A stretch of DNA of 64,000 nt from assembly GCA_038228545.1 (NCBI GenBank), contig JBBRPE010000003.1:64442-128441 (forward strand). The letters run 5' to 3'. The position numbers were made by a program, and so were the translations under genes. Source of the stretch: Minisyncoccia bacterium (GTDB taxonomy: Bacteria; Patescibacteriota; Minisyncoccia; Phycocordibacterales; Phycocordibacteraceae). Position 1 is the stretch's first letter, and each line of letters starts with the position of its first letter. The notes under the pieces were generated by a model. It made no database searches, had not been told where the DNA came from, and saw only the letters and a program-made list of their open reading frames with translations. Positions 18,203 through 28,899 of the stretch are shown here, in pieces.

Positions 18203-19318
18203 ATGTTCCTCAACAAAAATATCAGCCGTAATATGTGGATAGTGGCCCTCACGCTCATCGCGTTCGGCTTCTACTACGCATTCCTGGGTCCTCGCTGGCT
18301 CATGATTGTGGGTGCCCTCGGGTGTTCCATCTTCCTCTTGGGTCAGGAGACCATCAAAAACGACCCTCTCGAGGTGGGTTTACTCACCTTTTGGGGCCGA
18401 CGACTGGAAGTCGTCATCCGTGAAGGCAACAAGCTACTTGCACCGTTCTTTCCGTTCATGATCGGCGTCATCAAGATTCCGGTTGGACGAGAAGTACTCG
18501 AACAGAAGTTTGAGGTCGTCGCCCGCAACAAGCAGGTGGACGCTAACGGCAACGTCGAGTTCCAAATGGCAGGCAAGTTGTCTGTCGAAATTTCCCTCGT
18601 CTTTCAGCCTGACTATGAGGCTCACAACGCGGGATACCGCCTGAAGCGCTATCTGATCTCCGGTCGAGCGGCCGGCGTGAAAGTAATGTTGGAGCAAGTG
18701 CTCGTCACCTACACCAGGTACGCAGCGCTTACGCATTCCTGGAATGTCTTCATGTCGCTCAAAGCCCCTCTGGGGGCGGCGATCATCACGAAGATTGCAG
18801 GGTCCCAGATGCGGTCTTTGAATCGCGTTGCTGGTACTATTCCGGCAAACGATCTTCTACTTGAAGGCGACGCCTACTGGGCGCGGCCTGAAATAACGGA
18901 AGCGAGTGCGGTCGAGTACCTCCTCGTACATCCTGTCGACAGTCCAGAGTACAAGAACCGCTATCGTGAAATTGAGCGCTTTCTCGAAATCGCGCTCAAG
19001 AACGGCGGCGGCGACGTGCTCGACCTCGGCATATTGTTGCAACGCGTCAACGTCGAAGCAATCGAACCCACCGGCGATCTCGCCGCTGTGGCCGATGACC
19101 CCGCCGTTGAAGACGTGCAGCGCACGTCTGAGACCAAGGACATTGCCACTGAGCTTGTTTTGGCTCAGATGTACCGCGATGTCGATCCCAGCATGAGCCT
19201 CAAGGACGCTCTTGAGTTTGTCCGCGTGAACCGCGGACGTGCGAAAGAGCTCATTGTCCGCTCAAGCGGCAACCCCGCCGTCGATGCAGCTGCGCTGTTC
19301 GGCAACCTCAACCACTAG
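18203..19318 (+). CDS. SPFH/band-7 (stomatin/prohibitin-like) domain membrane protein
   Basis: N-terminal TM then a core resembling SPFH (LLTFWGRRLEVVIREGNKLLAPFFPFMIGVIKIPVGREV). Long C-terminal coiled/acidic tail. Confidence 0.5.
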   Translation: MFLNKNISRNMWIVALTLIAFGFYYAFLGPRWLMIVGALGCSIFLLGQETIKNDPLEVGLLTFWGRRLEVVIREGNKLLAPFFPFMIGVIKIPVGREVLEQKFEVVARNKQVDANGNVEFQMAGKLSVEISLVFQPDYEAHNAGYRLKRYLISGRAAGVKVMLEQVLVTYTRYAALTHSWNVFMSLKAPLGAAIITKIAGSQMRSLNRVAGTIPANDLLLEGDAYWARPEITEASAVEYLLVHPVDSPEYKNRYREIERFLEIALKNGGGDVLDLGILLQRVNVEAIEPTGDLAAVADDPAVEDVQRTSETKDIATELVLAQMYRDVDPSMSLKDALEFVRVNRGRAKELIVRSSGNPAVDAAALFGNLNH

Positions 19319-19327
19319 GAGACACCT

Positions 19328-19870
19328 ATGGCTGCACATGCCACACCGCCTGTCGCGCCGCGCGCGACAGGCAAGAACTGGCTCCCCGCCACACTCATGA
19401 AGTGGGTCGGGAGTCTCTCGGTGCTATTCGTTGTTGGTGCCATCGTTTTCGGAGTGATGGTACCCTTCATCGGAAGGTTATTCCACCCGCAGCCTACCCA
19501 ACAAAATCAGGCAACGGCTGGTGATAGCCACCAACGCAGCCAGCAGAGCGCAAGCTCTTCTGCACCTGCCCGCGTCGAGACCTCGCCCGTCGCTCTTCCG
19601 GCACCGCTCACTATCCAAGTGCCGGTATGCGGAGATACGGCGAATCGAACTTTCTCGACGCCGACGCCTATTCCGAGTCGCGTCTTCGTGTGTTCCAGCC
19701 GCAACAGCGGATGGAACTACCAAGCACACGACCGGAGCTCGTCAGACATCTCCGACGCCCAATGGGTGGACGGGCCAGGTGTGCACGGCAATGGCGTTCG
19801 CTTCTGCTCGACTACCGGGCAGGCCTACACCATGGACCTAACGTGGTCCAACACCGAAGGCGTCTGCTAG
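19328..19870 (+). CDS. Hypothetical membrane-anchored protein
   Basis: RBS AGGAGA 6 nt upstream. Translationally coupled to the SPFH gene. One TM helix. Confidence 0.5.
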   Translation: MAAHATPPVAPRATGKNWLPATLMKWVGSLSVLFVVGAIVFGVMVPFIGRLFHPQPTQQNQATAGDSHQRSQQSASSSAPARVETSPVALPAPLTIQVPVCGDTANRTFSTPTPIPSRVFVCSSRNSGWNYQAHDRSSSDISDAQWVDGPGVHGNGVRFCSTTGQAYTMDLTWSNTEGVC

Positions 19871-19932
19871 ACACCATCGGCTTGATCTTTCCGAGCCCTC
19901 TTCGCGCAAGCGTTGGGGGCTCTTTCTTTTAC

Positions 19933-20208
19933 TTAATGCGCTGGAGTGAGAGGAACACCGAGCGTTGACGAGACGGTTGCAGTAAGGAGTGCAATGATTG
20001 CGCGTGCACCGAAGATAATAACAAGGCCAATGATTCCCCATATGATGTGCTGTTGACCGGTCTTTCTTTTTTCATCATTTCCGGCGCCTTGTATGAATTC
20101 AACAACGCCCCATACAAATACCACAAAAGCGGCAAGCACCATAAGCTCAATGAGAGGGTTCAGTATTGCGTTCTCGACTTTAACGAGAAAGGCATCGAAG
20201 GCAGGCAT
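19933..20208 (-). CDS. T4SS-pilin-like (TrbC/VirB2-like) protein, N-terminally truncated paralog
   Basis: LMVLAAFVVFVWGVVEFIQGAGNDEKRKTGQQHIIWGIIGLVIIFGA matches the family core. No signal peptide. Separated from the upstream paralog by a terminator at 20226-20250. Confidence 0.5.
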   Translation of the reverse strand: MPAFDAFLVKVENAILNPLIELMVLAAFVVFVWGVVEFIQGAGNDEKRKTGQQHIIWGIIGLVIIFGARAIIALLTATVSSTLGVPLTPAH

Positions 20209-20273
20209 ACCCTAATACTAGCAGAACCCCGCGCCAGAGGCGCGGGGTTCCGTGGAGAAAGCGAACAGTCTAA

Positions 20274-20633
20274 CTAGCGGCCCTGTGTAGTGTAGGGAGC
20301 GGTTGGATACGTCGGTGTGGATGGGTTGAGGTTGAAGGTACCAATAAGAATGTGTACCAAGCCCCAAACCGAGACCATGACAAAGAAGCCGATGAGACCC
20401 CAGAGCATGAGTTGCTTGCCGCTTTCACGCTTCTCTTCATCATGTCCGCCCTGAATGAAGTACTGGAAGATACCCCAGATGAAGACGATGAATGCGAGTG
20501 CGAAAACGATAGGCACCGCGACGTTGTTGATAAGGTCGATAACTATTCTGCTCGCATCGTTGACGCTGTTCACCTGCGCGAAGGCAAGGAACGGGAGAGC
20601 AAAGGCAGCACCGATATAGCCGATTTTCTTCAT
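20274..20633 (-). CDS. T4SS-pilin-like (TrbC/VirB2-like) protein
   Basis: Signal peptide (…LAFA|Q). Two TM helices flank the GGHDEEKRESGKQLMLWG motif. Confidence 0.65.
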   Translation of the reverse strand: MKKIGYIGAAFALPFLAFAQVNSVNDASRIVIDLINNVAVPIVFALAFIVFIWGIFQYFIQGGHDEEKRESGKQLMLWGLIGFFVMVSVWGLVHILIGTFNLNPSTPTYPTAPYTTQGR

Positions 20634-20736
20634 AATGTGTGATTAGTATAACCGCGTAGGTTCTCCTATAGGATAGCGCGAGGGCGAGTTCCGTCAATGG
20701 AATACGGGGCGCTATGTGGAAAACAAAGGAATCTCG

Positions 20737-21267
20737 TTACGGAGGCGTTGGATTGGAGTTAATGATGGTTGTACCTGAATTACTTGGTGCTGGTGTTTGT
20801 GTCGCACCACTCGATGGGAGTGTTGTCTGTGTCTGGGCTGCAGGAGCGTTCGACTGATTAAACACCGGGTACTGCGGACGAACGGCAGAACTGAGGCCGA
20901 GCGTGCCGTTTATGACATTAATCAAGCCCCATACGGAAAGCATGATAACGAACCCGATAAGTCCCCACAGGAGAAGTTGCTGGCCTTCCTTACGCTTCTC
21001 TTCATTACTGCCACCGAGGATGAAGTAACGGTAGATACCGACGATGAAGACAACGAATGCAAGAGCAAAAACAATAGGAACAACAATACTATCGATGAAC
21101 GAGATGCCGCAATTGAGAAACGTGCCGAGATTCGTAATGTCGCAACGTCCGGTGCCGCCGGGTGCAAATGGGTCCGTTGGTGCGGCGTAGGCCAGCTGTG
21201 TGAATCCGAGAAATGCCACTGAAACGAGTGCAAACAGGCGAGCGATAAGAATACGGAAAGATGTCAT
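20737..21267 (-). CDS. T4SS-pilin-like (TrbC/VirB2-like) protein
   Basis: Same core (VVPIVFALAFVVFIVGIYRYFILGGSNEEKRKEGQQLLLWGLIGFVIM). C-terminal Thr/Pro/Ser-rich tail. Start taken at MTSFRILIARL. Confidence 0.6.
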   Translation of the reverse strand: MTSFRILIARLFALVSVAFLGFTQLAYAAPTDPFAPGGTGRCDITNLGTFLNCGISFIDSIVVPIVFALAFVVFIVGIYRYFILGGSNEEKRKEGQQLLLWGLIGFVIMLSVWGLINVINGTLGLSSAVRPQYPVFNQSNAPAAQTQTTLPSSGATQTPAPSNSGTTIINSNPTPP

Positions 21268-21309
21268 ATATATGAAGCGTACCAAGGACGGATAATCGAG
21301 CAAGCTAAG

Positions 21310-21645
21310 TTATGCACTGGTGCCAAGAAGAGTCGTGACGAGGATTTTAATTATTCCCCACACACTGAAGATAATGACCATCCCAACCATGGCCCATATG
21401 ATGAAACCGCGGCCTTGCTCCCGATTCTCTGCTCCGCCCGTAAAGAAATACCGAACGATGCCGATAACCAAGAATAGGAACGCGAGTGAATACAAGAGAG
21501 GAATAACACCCGTGTCAACGAGCGGGACTATCTTCTGGTCTACGAGCTGCTGAAACGTCAGGCCGGCTGTGCTTGTGGTGGCAAAGACCGGAAGTGCTGT
21601 CGTAAGGAGTGCGCCAAGCCCAATAAGCCTCTGTACAATTTTCAT
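21310..21645 (-). CDS. T4SS-pilin-like (TrbC/VirB2-like) protein
   Basis: Signal peptide plus core (LAFLFLVIGIVRYFFTGGAENREQGRGFIIWAMVGMVIIF). Confidence 0.65.
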   Translation of the reverse strand: MKIVQRLIGLGALLTTALPVFATTSTAGLTFQQLVDQKIVPLVDTGVIPLLYSLAFLFLVIGIVRYFFTGGAENREQGRGFIIWAMVGMVIIFSVWGIIKILVTTLLGTSA

Positions 21646-22103
21646 GAGCCAAGACCGGCAACGGTCGCAGTAATAACTACTTCAATGGCTTTCGCCCCGA
21701 GCAAAATAAGTCCACCAATGAGCGTCCATATGAGAGCGCTACGTGCTTTCGATATTTCTTCCGGATTACCTCGGGCAAGAACGAATAGGAATCCGACGTA
21801 TACGAGCATGACAACGAGAAGTACAGAACCGAGCTCAACGACCGCACCAAGTATTGCATCTATGAGTTTCGGTAGACTATCAATATTGCCAAGTGGGTTC
21901 TGCAGCACTGCGGTGCTGCCATCAGAAGCCGGGTTACCTGTTACTGGTGTTGCGGGATTCCCTGTGACGGGAGTGGCAGGATTACCAGTTACCGGAGTCG
22001 GTTCAGCATGAGCAATTGGAGCTGAAATACAGAAAACGGCGAATGCTAGTGTAGCGAGACTTACTACGACAATGTGTGATGAGGAAGTGCGAAGAGTACT
22101 CAT
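21642..22103 (-). CDS. T4SS-pilin-like (TrbC/VirB2-like) protein with tandem PVTGNPAT repeats
   Basis: Signal peptide. EPTPVTGNPATPVTGNPATPVTGNPA occurs three times. Core LLVVMLVYVGFLFVLARGNPEEISKARSALIWTLIGGLILL. Start overlaps the upstream gene (ATGA). Confidence 0.65.
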   Translation of the reverse strand: MSTLRTSSSHIVVVSLATLAFAVFCISAPIAHAEPTPVTGNPATPVTGNPATPVTGNPASDGSTAVLQNPLGNIDSLPKLIDAILGAVVELGSVLLVVMLVYVGFLFVLARGNPEEISKARSALIWTLIGGLILLGAKAIEVVITATVAGLGS

Positions 22104-23407
22104 TGTAGTGCCGCTGTTAGGGATTGATCCGCGGCGACCAGTGCGTCCCGGACGCTCAACTGGCCGCTTACGATACCGTTAATCATATCAGCGAAAACAC
22201 GGTCGGTGACGGCGGGTGCTGGGGACAGCCACCCTTTTGCCTGTAACGCTCCGGCGTTCAGTATAGGTGCATAAATATTATCGCTTGCAGCGGTGAGGAG
22301 CGCACGATTCGATGGAGCCATACCAAGTGCAGTGGCTGCTGTCGTAACCTCGGTCACAGCCCCTAGAGCGCTAGCAACACGGAAGGCTCCACTAGAGTTA
22401 TGGCTCACCTTCGGTATTGCAAAGGCGTAGGCGAGCGCGTAGTCGGTCTTGGAGGCACTTGTCTGTGGCTGCGGTATTTGTGCCATATCAAAATCGAGAT
22501 TGGGGTTCGCACTCTTTAAATAGGCAAGTTCAGAGCCGTAGCCCACATAGAATGCAGCATCCCCGGCAAGGAAACTCTGACGTGCGTCCGTCTTTGAACG
22601 ATTCCAGCTGTAGACAGTCTTCGCGGGGTCTGCGAACTGTGTGTAGAAAGAAACGGCAGACTCTCCTGGAGAACGCGCAGCGCTATCCGCTGCTCCAGAG
22701 GAAAGCGTACTGCGGAATATGCCGGACGAATATTCAACGAGCGAACTGCCCGACTGCAACATCAAAAGAGAAATAATAGCGCGTGCGTCCGGAATGTTCT
22801 GATAGGTGCCAAATGGTATGGCGCTCTTTGAAATAACGCCGGCATCTGACTTTACCGTCAGGTGCGGTGCCAGACCGACAACCGCTTCCCAGGTTGTTGG
22901 TACCTGCGGCACGCTCGCGCTTGAGAGCATGGTGCGGTTGAAGTACAAGACGAGTGGGTCCGCGACGAACGGCACCGCATACGTTCCATTCGATGTCAGA
23001 AACAATTCGTATATAGGAAGGTATTCATCTCTATAGGTCCGCTCGGGGACAGAGGAAAACGGAATGACACTTATCTTATTGCGTTCAGCAAGCAGGTGCT
23101 CTTGGTCGGTAATGATGAGGTCTGGACCGTTTCCAGCTGCAAGCGCGTCCGCAAGAAGCGTATCGAAGCTATCTGTGGATTGCTGTACGTACGTAACTTT
23201 TCCGAATTCCTGATGTGTGCGCTTTAAGTCTTCAAGTGTGCCAACCATAGCGGTAGCGGAAAGCGTTCCCCATATCGTGACGGCACCTACGGGTTTGGCA
23301 CCTCCGAATCCTTTAAAGGTTGAGAAAAGCACAAGACCGCCAACCGCGAGGAACGCGAAGACCGAAATCACGATTATTTGGAACGGGCGCATGTTCATCA
23401 TGGACAA
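22100..23407 (-). CDS. Extracellular solute-binding protein (ABC transporter SBP family 1-like)
   Basis: N-terminal TM/signal anchor. MalE-like segments (GPDLIITDQ, VPFVADPLVLYFNRTML…PTTWEA). Confidence 0.55.
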   Translation of the reverse strand: MSMMNMRPFQIIVISVFAFLAVGGLVLFSTFKGFGGAKPVGAVTIWGTLSATAMVGTLEDLKRTHQEFGKVTYVQQSTDSFDTLLADALAAGNGPDLIITDQEHLLAERNKISVIPFSSVPERTYRDEYLPIYELFLTSNGTYAVPFVADPLVLYFNRTMLSSASVPQVPTTWEAVVGLAPHLTVKSDAGVISKSAIPFGTYQNIPDARAIISLLMLQSGSSLVEYSSGIFRSTLSSGAADSAARSPGESAVSFYTQFADPAKTVYSWNRSKTDARQSFLAGDAAFYVGYGSELAYLKSANPNLDFDMAQIPQPQTSASKTDYALAYAFAIPKVSHNSSGAFRVASALGAVTEVTTAATALGMAPSNRALLTAASDNIYAPILNAGALQAKGWLSPAPAVTDRVFADMINGIVSGQLSVRDALVAADQSLTAALQ

Positions 23408-23940
23408 GTAAAAAGTATTGAATAGTGATGTGGTCCAGCTCGATATGATTTTACCTTATGAAATCCCCTCGTGATGAAAAGTTCCTCTGCTTCGTGCTCG
23501 GAGACGACATGCTTTTCGTGCGGACCGATGCCACCATACGCTCCCGCCCAGTCAGTCACCAATACCTTTCCGCTCGGTTTTAGGATTCGTCGTATCTCGG
23601 TAACTACCACGTCGCGGTTTTCGAGTTGAAACAGGGTGTTGGAAAGAATAACGGCATCAAGAACTCCCTCGCGCAATTTCGTGCCGCCGGGTTTCTCAAT
23701 GTTCCCCCATATCGTTTCAATATTTTTGAACTTCTTTTCGCTTGCGGTGTCTCGAATATGTTTCAGTACATCTTCCTGCACGTCCACTGCATACACATGG
23801 CCGGTGGCTCCCACGATACCTGCAGCCGCGAGCGCGTAGTGACCTACACCTGAGCCAAGGTCGCCGACTTTCATACCGTCCGTAAGTCCCATCTGAAGAA
23901 TATTCTTCGTAGGGTTCGCAAAAAGGTCCTCAAGGTGCAT
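23398..23940 (-). CDS. Class I SAM-dependent methyltransferase
   Basis: Motif I VGDLGSGVGHYAL. Small at 180 aa. Confidence 0.7.
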   Translation of the reverse strand: MHLEDLFANPTKNILQMGLTDGMKVGDLGSGVGHYALAAAGIVGATGHVYAVDVQEDVLKHIRDTASEKKFKNIETIWGNIEKPGGTKLREGVLDAVILSNTLFQLENRDVVVTEIRRILKPSGKVLVTDWAGAYGGIGPHEKHVVSEHEAEELFITRGFHKVKSYRAGPHHYSILFTCP

Positions 23941-23999
23941 ACCATAAAAATAGCACGCGCCGAAGCAAAGCTTCGGCGCGTGCTATTTCACTACGTGGA

Positions 24000-24338
24000 C
24001 TACTGCCCAAGCATCTGTAGCGTTACTTCACCATTTTTATGAAGAGTAACTGCATAGGAATGCCCTGAAGGACTGGTAAACGGCACCGAAACGTCGACGT
24101 GCTCGGTAAGCGGACGGCTATGGTCATACTTATCTTTTCCCCTATCTTCCGCAGAAGTTGCGTTGAAATCCGCAATCCACTTCACGAAGTTTGATTCCGG
24201 TGTGCCAGCTACCTTCATAGCCATCCAGAGGTTAAGTGCTTCGCCTTCAATAGTGTGCTCTAGCGCGCTATACACCTTCTCCTTGTCGGTCAGTACTGAG
24301 GATTCAGGACGCTGCGAGAATGAAGGTACTTGTTCCAT
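24000..24338 (-). CDS. Hypothetical protein
   Basis: 112-aa ORF in an operon-like position downstream of gyrA. No recognisable motif. Confidence 0.4.
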   Translation of the reverse strand: MEQVPSFSQRPESSVLTDKEKVYSALEHTIEGEALNLWMAMKVAGTPESNFVKWIADFNATSAEDRGKDKYDHSRPLTEHVDVSVPFTSPSGHSYAVTLHKNGEVTLQMLGQ

Positions 24339-24354
24339 ATAAATGTGCTAACTA

Positions 24355-26829
24355 TTAAAGCGCCACCATCGATGCGATTGAGTCCCCCTCCCGCATCTTC
24401 ATAATGCGCACACCCTGCGTTGCGCGCGATAGGGAAGGAATCTCACCTGCGGAACAGCGGATGACCTGGCCCTTCTTTGATATCACGACAATCTCTTCTT
24501 CCTTTATTTCTTCGTCGCCACCCACGAGCACCTTTGCGCCGATAATTTCACCGGTTTTCGCCGTGACTTCTGCAGTCTTAATACCGGAGCCGCCGCGACC
24601 CTGAATCTTGTACTCAGAAAGTGCGGTCTTCTTGCCGTAGCCTTTATCCATAATCACGAGGAGCGACGCGTTCTTAGCGCTTGCATCAACTATCTCAGCA
24701 GACACAACACGGTCGTCCTTCTTTACGGCCATGCCACGCACACCTGCTGCGGTACGACCCATAGCGCGTACATCTTCCTCATCAAATCGTATGGATTGTC
24801 CCTTGCTCGTTACTATGGAAATAGAATCGCCGGTACCCGCAAGCGATGCAGAGACGAGGCGGTCGGAGCCCTTAAGGGCGATGGCAATGATGCCGGACTT
24901 GCGTACATCTGCGAAGTTCTTTGCTTCGACCTTCTTTACAACACCCTCGCTCGTTACGAAGAACACACTCATAGCTTCGCGCGCCGCACCCTTTGGTACT
25001 GGCAGCACACTGGTCACTTTCTCATCACCTGCAAGTGGTAGGAAGTTCATGATGGACTTACCCTTCGTCGCACGGCGACCCTCGGGAATGTCATACATTT
25101 TGGTCTGGTACGCTTTGCCCTTATCGGTAAAGAAGAGTAAGTCGGAGTGCGCGGAAGCCGATAGGAAATGCGTTACGACGTCTTCCTCTTTTGTCGACAT
25201 ATCAATGACACCGACGCCACCGCGCTTCTGTATTTTGTACTCCTCGGGATTCGTACGCTTTACGTAGCCACCTGCGGTAAGCACAAGGACTGATTCATCG
25301 TCGGCAACGAGGTCTTCCAGAGATATGTTCTTCACGCCACCCTTTACGATTTTCGTACGGCGGTCGTCGCCGAACTTATCGGAGATCTCTTGCAGTTCAG
25401 CGCGCACGACCGCAAGGATGTTCTTCGCACTCGATAGGATTTTCTTTAGTGCTTTGATGATTTCCTGTATCTCGGCGAGCTCGTCTTCAATCTTCTTACG
25501 TTCAAGTCCGGCGAGCGTCTGGAGACGCATCGCAAGAATAGCTGCCGTCTGAATGGGTGTGAAGGCAAACTTCTTTATGAGTGCCTCGCTCGCGGTGGGT
25601 ACGTCCTTTGATGCACGAATAGTTTTGATGACTTCATCAATGTGATCGAGCGCCTTTACGAGGCCGAGCAAGATATGCTCGCGTTCTTCCGCCTTGCGCA
25701 AATCGTATTCCGTACGACGCTTCACCACCTCCTGACGATGCGCCACGAAATTCTCGAGCATGCCCTTGAGCGAAAGCGTTTGCGGTACGCCATCTACGAG
25801 CGCGAGCATGTTGTAGTGGAACGTGCTTTCAAGTTCCGTGTGCTTATAAAGCGAATTCAAAATGGTCTGCGGATGCGCGGTGCCTTTCAAATCAACGACA
25901 ATGCGAATGTCCGAAGTTGATTCATCACGCAAGTCGCGAATACCTTCAAGCTTCTTGTCACGGACAAGGTCTGCAATGCGTGTGATGAGATCCGCTTTGT
26001 TAACACGGAAGGGAATTGAAGTAACGATAATTTGAGTACCCTTCTTGTCTTCGACAATGTCAGCTTCCCCACGCACCACAACACCGCCCTTGCCGGTAGT
26101 GTACGCATGCTTAATATCCGCCTGATTAAATGCGATAGCGCCAAGCGGGAAGTCAGGTCCTTTTACAAATTGAAGCAAGTCTTCTGTGGTTGCCTCTTCG
26201 TTATCTATAAGGTGCGTCGTAGCCGCAATCACCTCACGCAAATTGTGCGGAGGAATGTTGGTCGCCATACCCACCGCAATACCAAGCGTGCCGTTGAGGA
26301 GCAAATTCGGGAATGCAGCCGGAAGCACGGTCGGCTCTTGCTTACTTCCGTCGTAGTTCGGAACCCAGTCAACGGTTTCCTTATCTATATCTTTCAGCAG
26401 TTCTTCCGCGAGGCGCGACATCTTTGCTTCCGTATAGCGGTATGCAGCGGCCGGGTCGCCGTCGATAGAACCGAAGTTACCCTGCCCAAGTACCAGTGGA
26501 TAGCGCGTCGAGAAGTCCTGCGCGAGTTTTACCATCGCGTCGTACACAGATGAGTCACCATGTGGGTGATACGAACCGAGCACGTCTCCCACGACCGTTG
26601 CCGACTTACGGAACTTCGCAGATGCCGTCAGTCCGTTTTGTTTCATCGCAAAGAGAATGCGGCGATGCACGGGTTTCAGTCCGTCACGCACGTCCGGAAG
26701 TGCGCGCGAGGTAATAACCGTCATCGCGTAGTCGATATACGACTGACGCATCTCGCTTACGATTGGTTGGTCAATTATGGAAATGCGCGGCTCAACTGGC
26801 GCTACTTCTTCTACTGCTTTCTTTGCCAT
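24355..26829 (-). CDS. gyrA: DNA gyrase subunit A
   Basis: N-terminal breakage-reunion domain with the active-site region (…[23 protein letters not shown]…). C-terminal beta-pinwheel repeats. 824 aa. Confidence 0.85.
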   Translation of the reverse strand: MAKKAVEEVAPVEPRISIIDQPIVSEMRQSYIDYAMTVITSRALPDVRDGLKPVHRRILFAMKQNGLTASAKFRKSATVVGDVLGSYHPHGDSSVYDAMVKLAQDFSTRYPLVLGQGNFGSIDGDPAAAYRYTEAKMSRLAEELLKDIDKETVDWVPNYDGSKQEPTVLPAAFPNLLLNGTLGIAVGMATNIPPHNLREVIAATTHLIDNEEATTEDLLQFVKGPDFPLGAIAFNQADIKHAYTTGKGGVVVRGEADIVEDKKGTQIIVTSIPFRVNKADLITRIADLVRDKKLEGIRDLRDESTSDIRIVVDLKGTAHPQTILNSLYKHTELESTFHYNMLALVDGVPQTLSLKGMLENFVAHRQEVVKRRTEYDLRKAEEREHILLGLVKALDHIDEVIKTIRASKDVPTASEALIKKFAFTPIQTAAILAMRLQTLAGLERKKIEDELAEIQEIIKALKKILSSAKNILAVVRAELQEISDKFGDDRRTKIVKGGVKNISLEDLVADDESVLVLTAGGYVKRTNPEEYKIQKRGGVGVIDMSTKEEDVVTHFLSASAHSDLLFFTDKGKAYQTKMYDIPEGRRATKGKSIMNFLPLAGDEKVTSVLPVPKGAAREAMSVFFVTSEGVVKKVEAKNFADVRKSGIIAIALKGSDRLVSASLAGTGDSISIVTSKGQSIRFDEEDVRAMGRTAAGVRGMAVKKDDRVVSAEIVDASAKNASLLVIMDKGYGKKTALSEYKIQGRGGSGIKTAEVTAKTGEIIGAKVLVGGDEEIKEEEIVVISKKGQVIRCSAGEIPSLSRATQGVRIMKMREGDSIASMVAL

Positions 26830-26841
26830 GGAATAAACGTT

Positions 26842-27234
26842 CTAAAAATGAATGACGGTCGCGTCTGACGAAGACTGTCCACTATCGAGTGTCGAGTGCA
26901 CTTGCGTGTCTACGATAGTGATGGCGGTAGGCGAGGAGGTGGCGCCTACAGCGGCGCCTGCGGCGCCGACAAGCTGTGAAAAACTATTTGAATTCTGCGT
27001 AATCGCCTCTTTAAAATTCGGTGCATTCTGATCGGTCGAAGCGAATGTCGACGGAGCGAGCGAGAACGTGCCACCAAGTGCGTTTGCAGCAAACCACCCG
27101 AGTGCAACGACAAGTGTAACGCCACCAGCTACACCCAAGGCGATATTCTGACGCACATGGAGTGGCTTCTGGCGGAGGTCGTGCACTACTTCATGGACGC
27201 GCTTTGTTTCCATACTGTTACGGGGTAATAACAA
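26842..27234 (-). CDS. Hypothetical membrane-anchored protein
   Basis: One TM helix (IALGVAGGVTLVVALGWF). Ala/Ser-rich. Confidence 0.4.
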   Translation of the reverse strand: MLLPRNSMETKRVHEVVHDLRQKPLHVRQNIALGVAGGVTLVVALGWFAANALGGTFSLAPSTFASTDQNAPNFKEAITQNSNSFSQLVGAAGAAVGATSSPTAITIVDTQVHSTLDSGQSSSDATVIHF

Positions 27235-27859
27235 TTATAGCCCCATCTTTGTCCGCAGCATCCTTTTTCTTGAGGGTAAGTTTGTCGACTGTTTCTGCAG
27301 AGCCACCCTCCTCTTTAAGGTACGCTTCCAGAGACTTTGGCTCGCCCATGCCGTTCCAGTGCATCGGAATTACGATTCGTGGCTCAAGCGTGACTGCGAG
27401 CTTAGCGGCCTTTGCTGCATCAAGCACCCCATCGCCACCAACAGGAAGGAAGAGCACGTCAATTTCATCAATTGCTTCGCGCGCCTCTTGCGAGAGCATG
27501 GGGTCGTTAAGGGCACCAAGGTGCACGAGTGTCATACCTTCGAGCCCCACTGCGTAGACCGTGTTGACTGCGGAGTCTTGGCCGTTACCAAGTGCGTATT
27601 CGCTCTTGGTCAGAAATCCCTGCACGGTGACGCCTGAGTGCTCGTATTCACCTGGGCCTGTGATGGCAAATGGTTCCTTGCCATTAAACGAAACTTCCTC
27701 CAGACCATTCATATTTGGATGATTTCGCGACACGAGTGCAAGGTCTGCGCCAAAGCGTACCGCAGGAAGGGTACCTTTCTTAGAAATAGGATCGAAGACG
27801 ACGGTGAGGTCGCCAAACGTCACCTTGAAGCACTGCCCGCCGTGGTGGGTGATTACCAT
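27218..27859 (-). CDS. MBL-fold metallo-hydrolase
   Basis: Start set at MVITHHGGQCFKV. Beta-lactamase-fold pattern (HHGG…D…H). Confidence 0.6.
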   Translation of the reverse strand: MVITHHGGQCFKVTFGDLTVVFDPISKKGTLPAVRFGADLALVSRNHPNMNGLEEVSFNGKEPFAITGPGEYEHSGVTVQGFLTKSEYALGNGQDSAVNTVYAVGLEGMTLVHLGALNDPMLSQEAREAIDEIDVLFLPVGGDGVLDAAKAAKLAVTLEPRIVIPMHWNGMGEPKSLEAYLKEEGGSAETVDKLTLKKKDAADKDGAIIVITP

Positions 27860-28899
27860 TGTGGAGACATTATACCTTGAAAAAGCTACGTGTGGTAGCT
27901 TCATAGTAGGAACGCAACCCTGCGTTCCTAACCTATGAAAGGTTCGTTTTGCCTTTGAACCAAGCACCCAATTGATGGGGAGCTTGGTTCATTGAAAAAA
28001 CGTTCGCCCCCCACTTCACCCTGTTGAAGTGGTGTTGTTTTACCGGCTCTTCATTGACCCAACAGGGAAGTTAGGTTATATTTCTCATGTCGCCCAACTG
28101 GGGCGATTTCCATTTGGAGGTGAGCTGTGAGCCACACTGACGATACTCTGACTCTGACACGGCCTCCGAAGGCCTCGTTCTTCCAACACCAGGATCCCCC
28201 TCGCTCCAACTTCGTGAGCGTCGCGGGAGGTAGCAATGGCAAGCCGCCTCTGGGCTCTGACGGCAGAAACAACATGCCTGCCGACGATGCCGGCGACCCG
28301 ACGGCCAAGCGTACCGGCACGAACGGCTAGAACATCATGGGCCAAGAAACTCATGAAGAACTTCCGGCGATCCGGCACACGCCAGTGAGCCACGGCGACC
28401 TTGGTCAGGACGACTTTGACGACGACTACCCGGACGGCAGCAAACCGCTCCCGCCGAGCACCGTCTACAACTAACCGAACAGGCGAGCGTAACAGGGAAG
28501 CCGACCCCCTTTAGAGGGTCATAGGGAGGACACCCCCATGTCCAAACCAAAAATCCTGTATGCGCGCCGTGGTGGAGGGGACAGCGTTTCCTCCACCACA
28601 CCAACTTGCTCTTTATGTTCTAAACCTTCGCCACTAGGGCGAACTACACATTCAAGGTCTACCTACACGGGTGGGCCTTTATTCGTTATGTGAAGAGATG
28701 AGAATGTAATGTGCGCACTTCCCTGTCTCGGCTAAAAAAGTTATCCACAGGTGCTTGATTTTAGTAAAAGTTATGTTGGAACCGATTTTCCGACCTATGT
28801 TCAGCTGAAAGATTTGGATTTAAAGTTTCTCGTAATTCGAAAAATATTTGAGTGGATAGAGCGAGAGAACCCCTACTTCCCTGCCTCACTACGGAAAAC

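Noticed and set aside
21889-22010. Possible CRISPR-like short tandem repeat (GTTACCGGTGTTGCGGGATTCCCTGTGACGGGAGTGGCAGGATTACCAG…)
   Set aside because: It is an in-frame 24-nt coding repeat giving PVTGNPAT x3 in a pilin-like protein. There are no unique spacers and no cas genes.
24731-26714. Multiple plus-strand ORFs inside gyrA
   Set aside because: Antisense to gyrA. No motifs.
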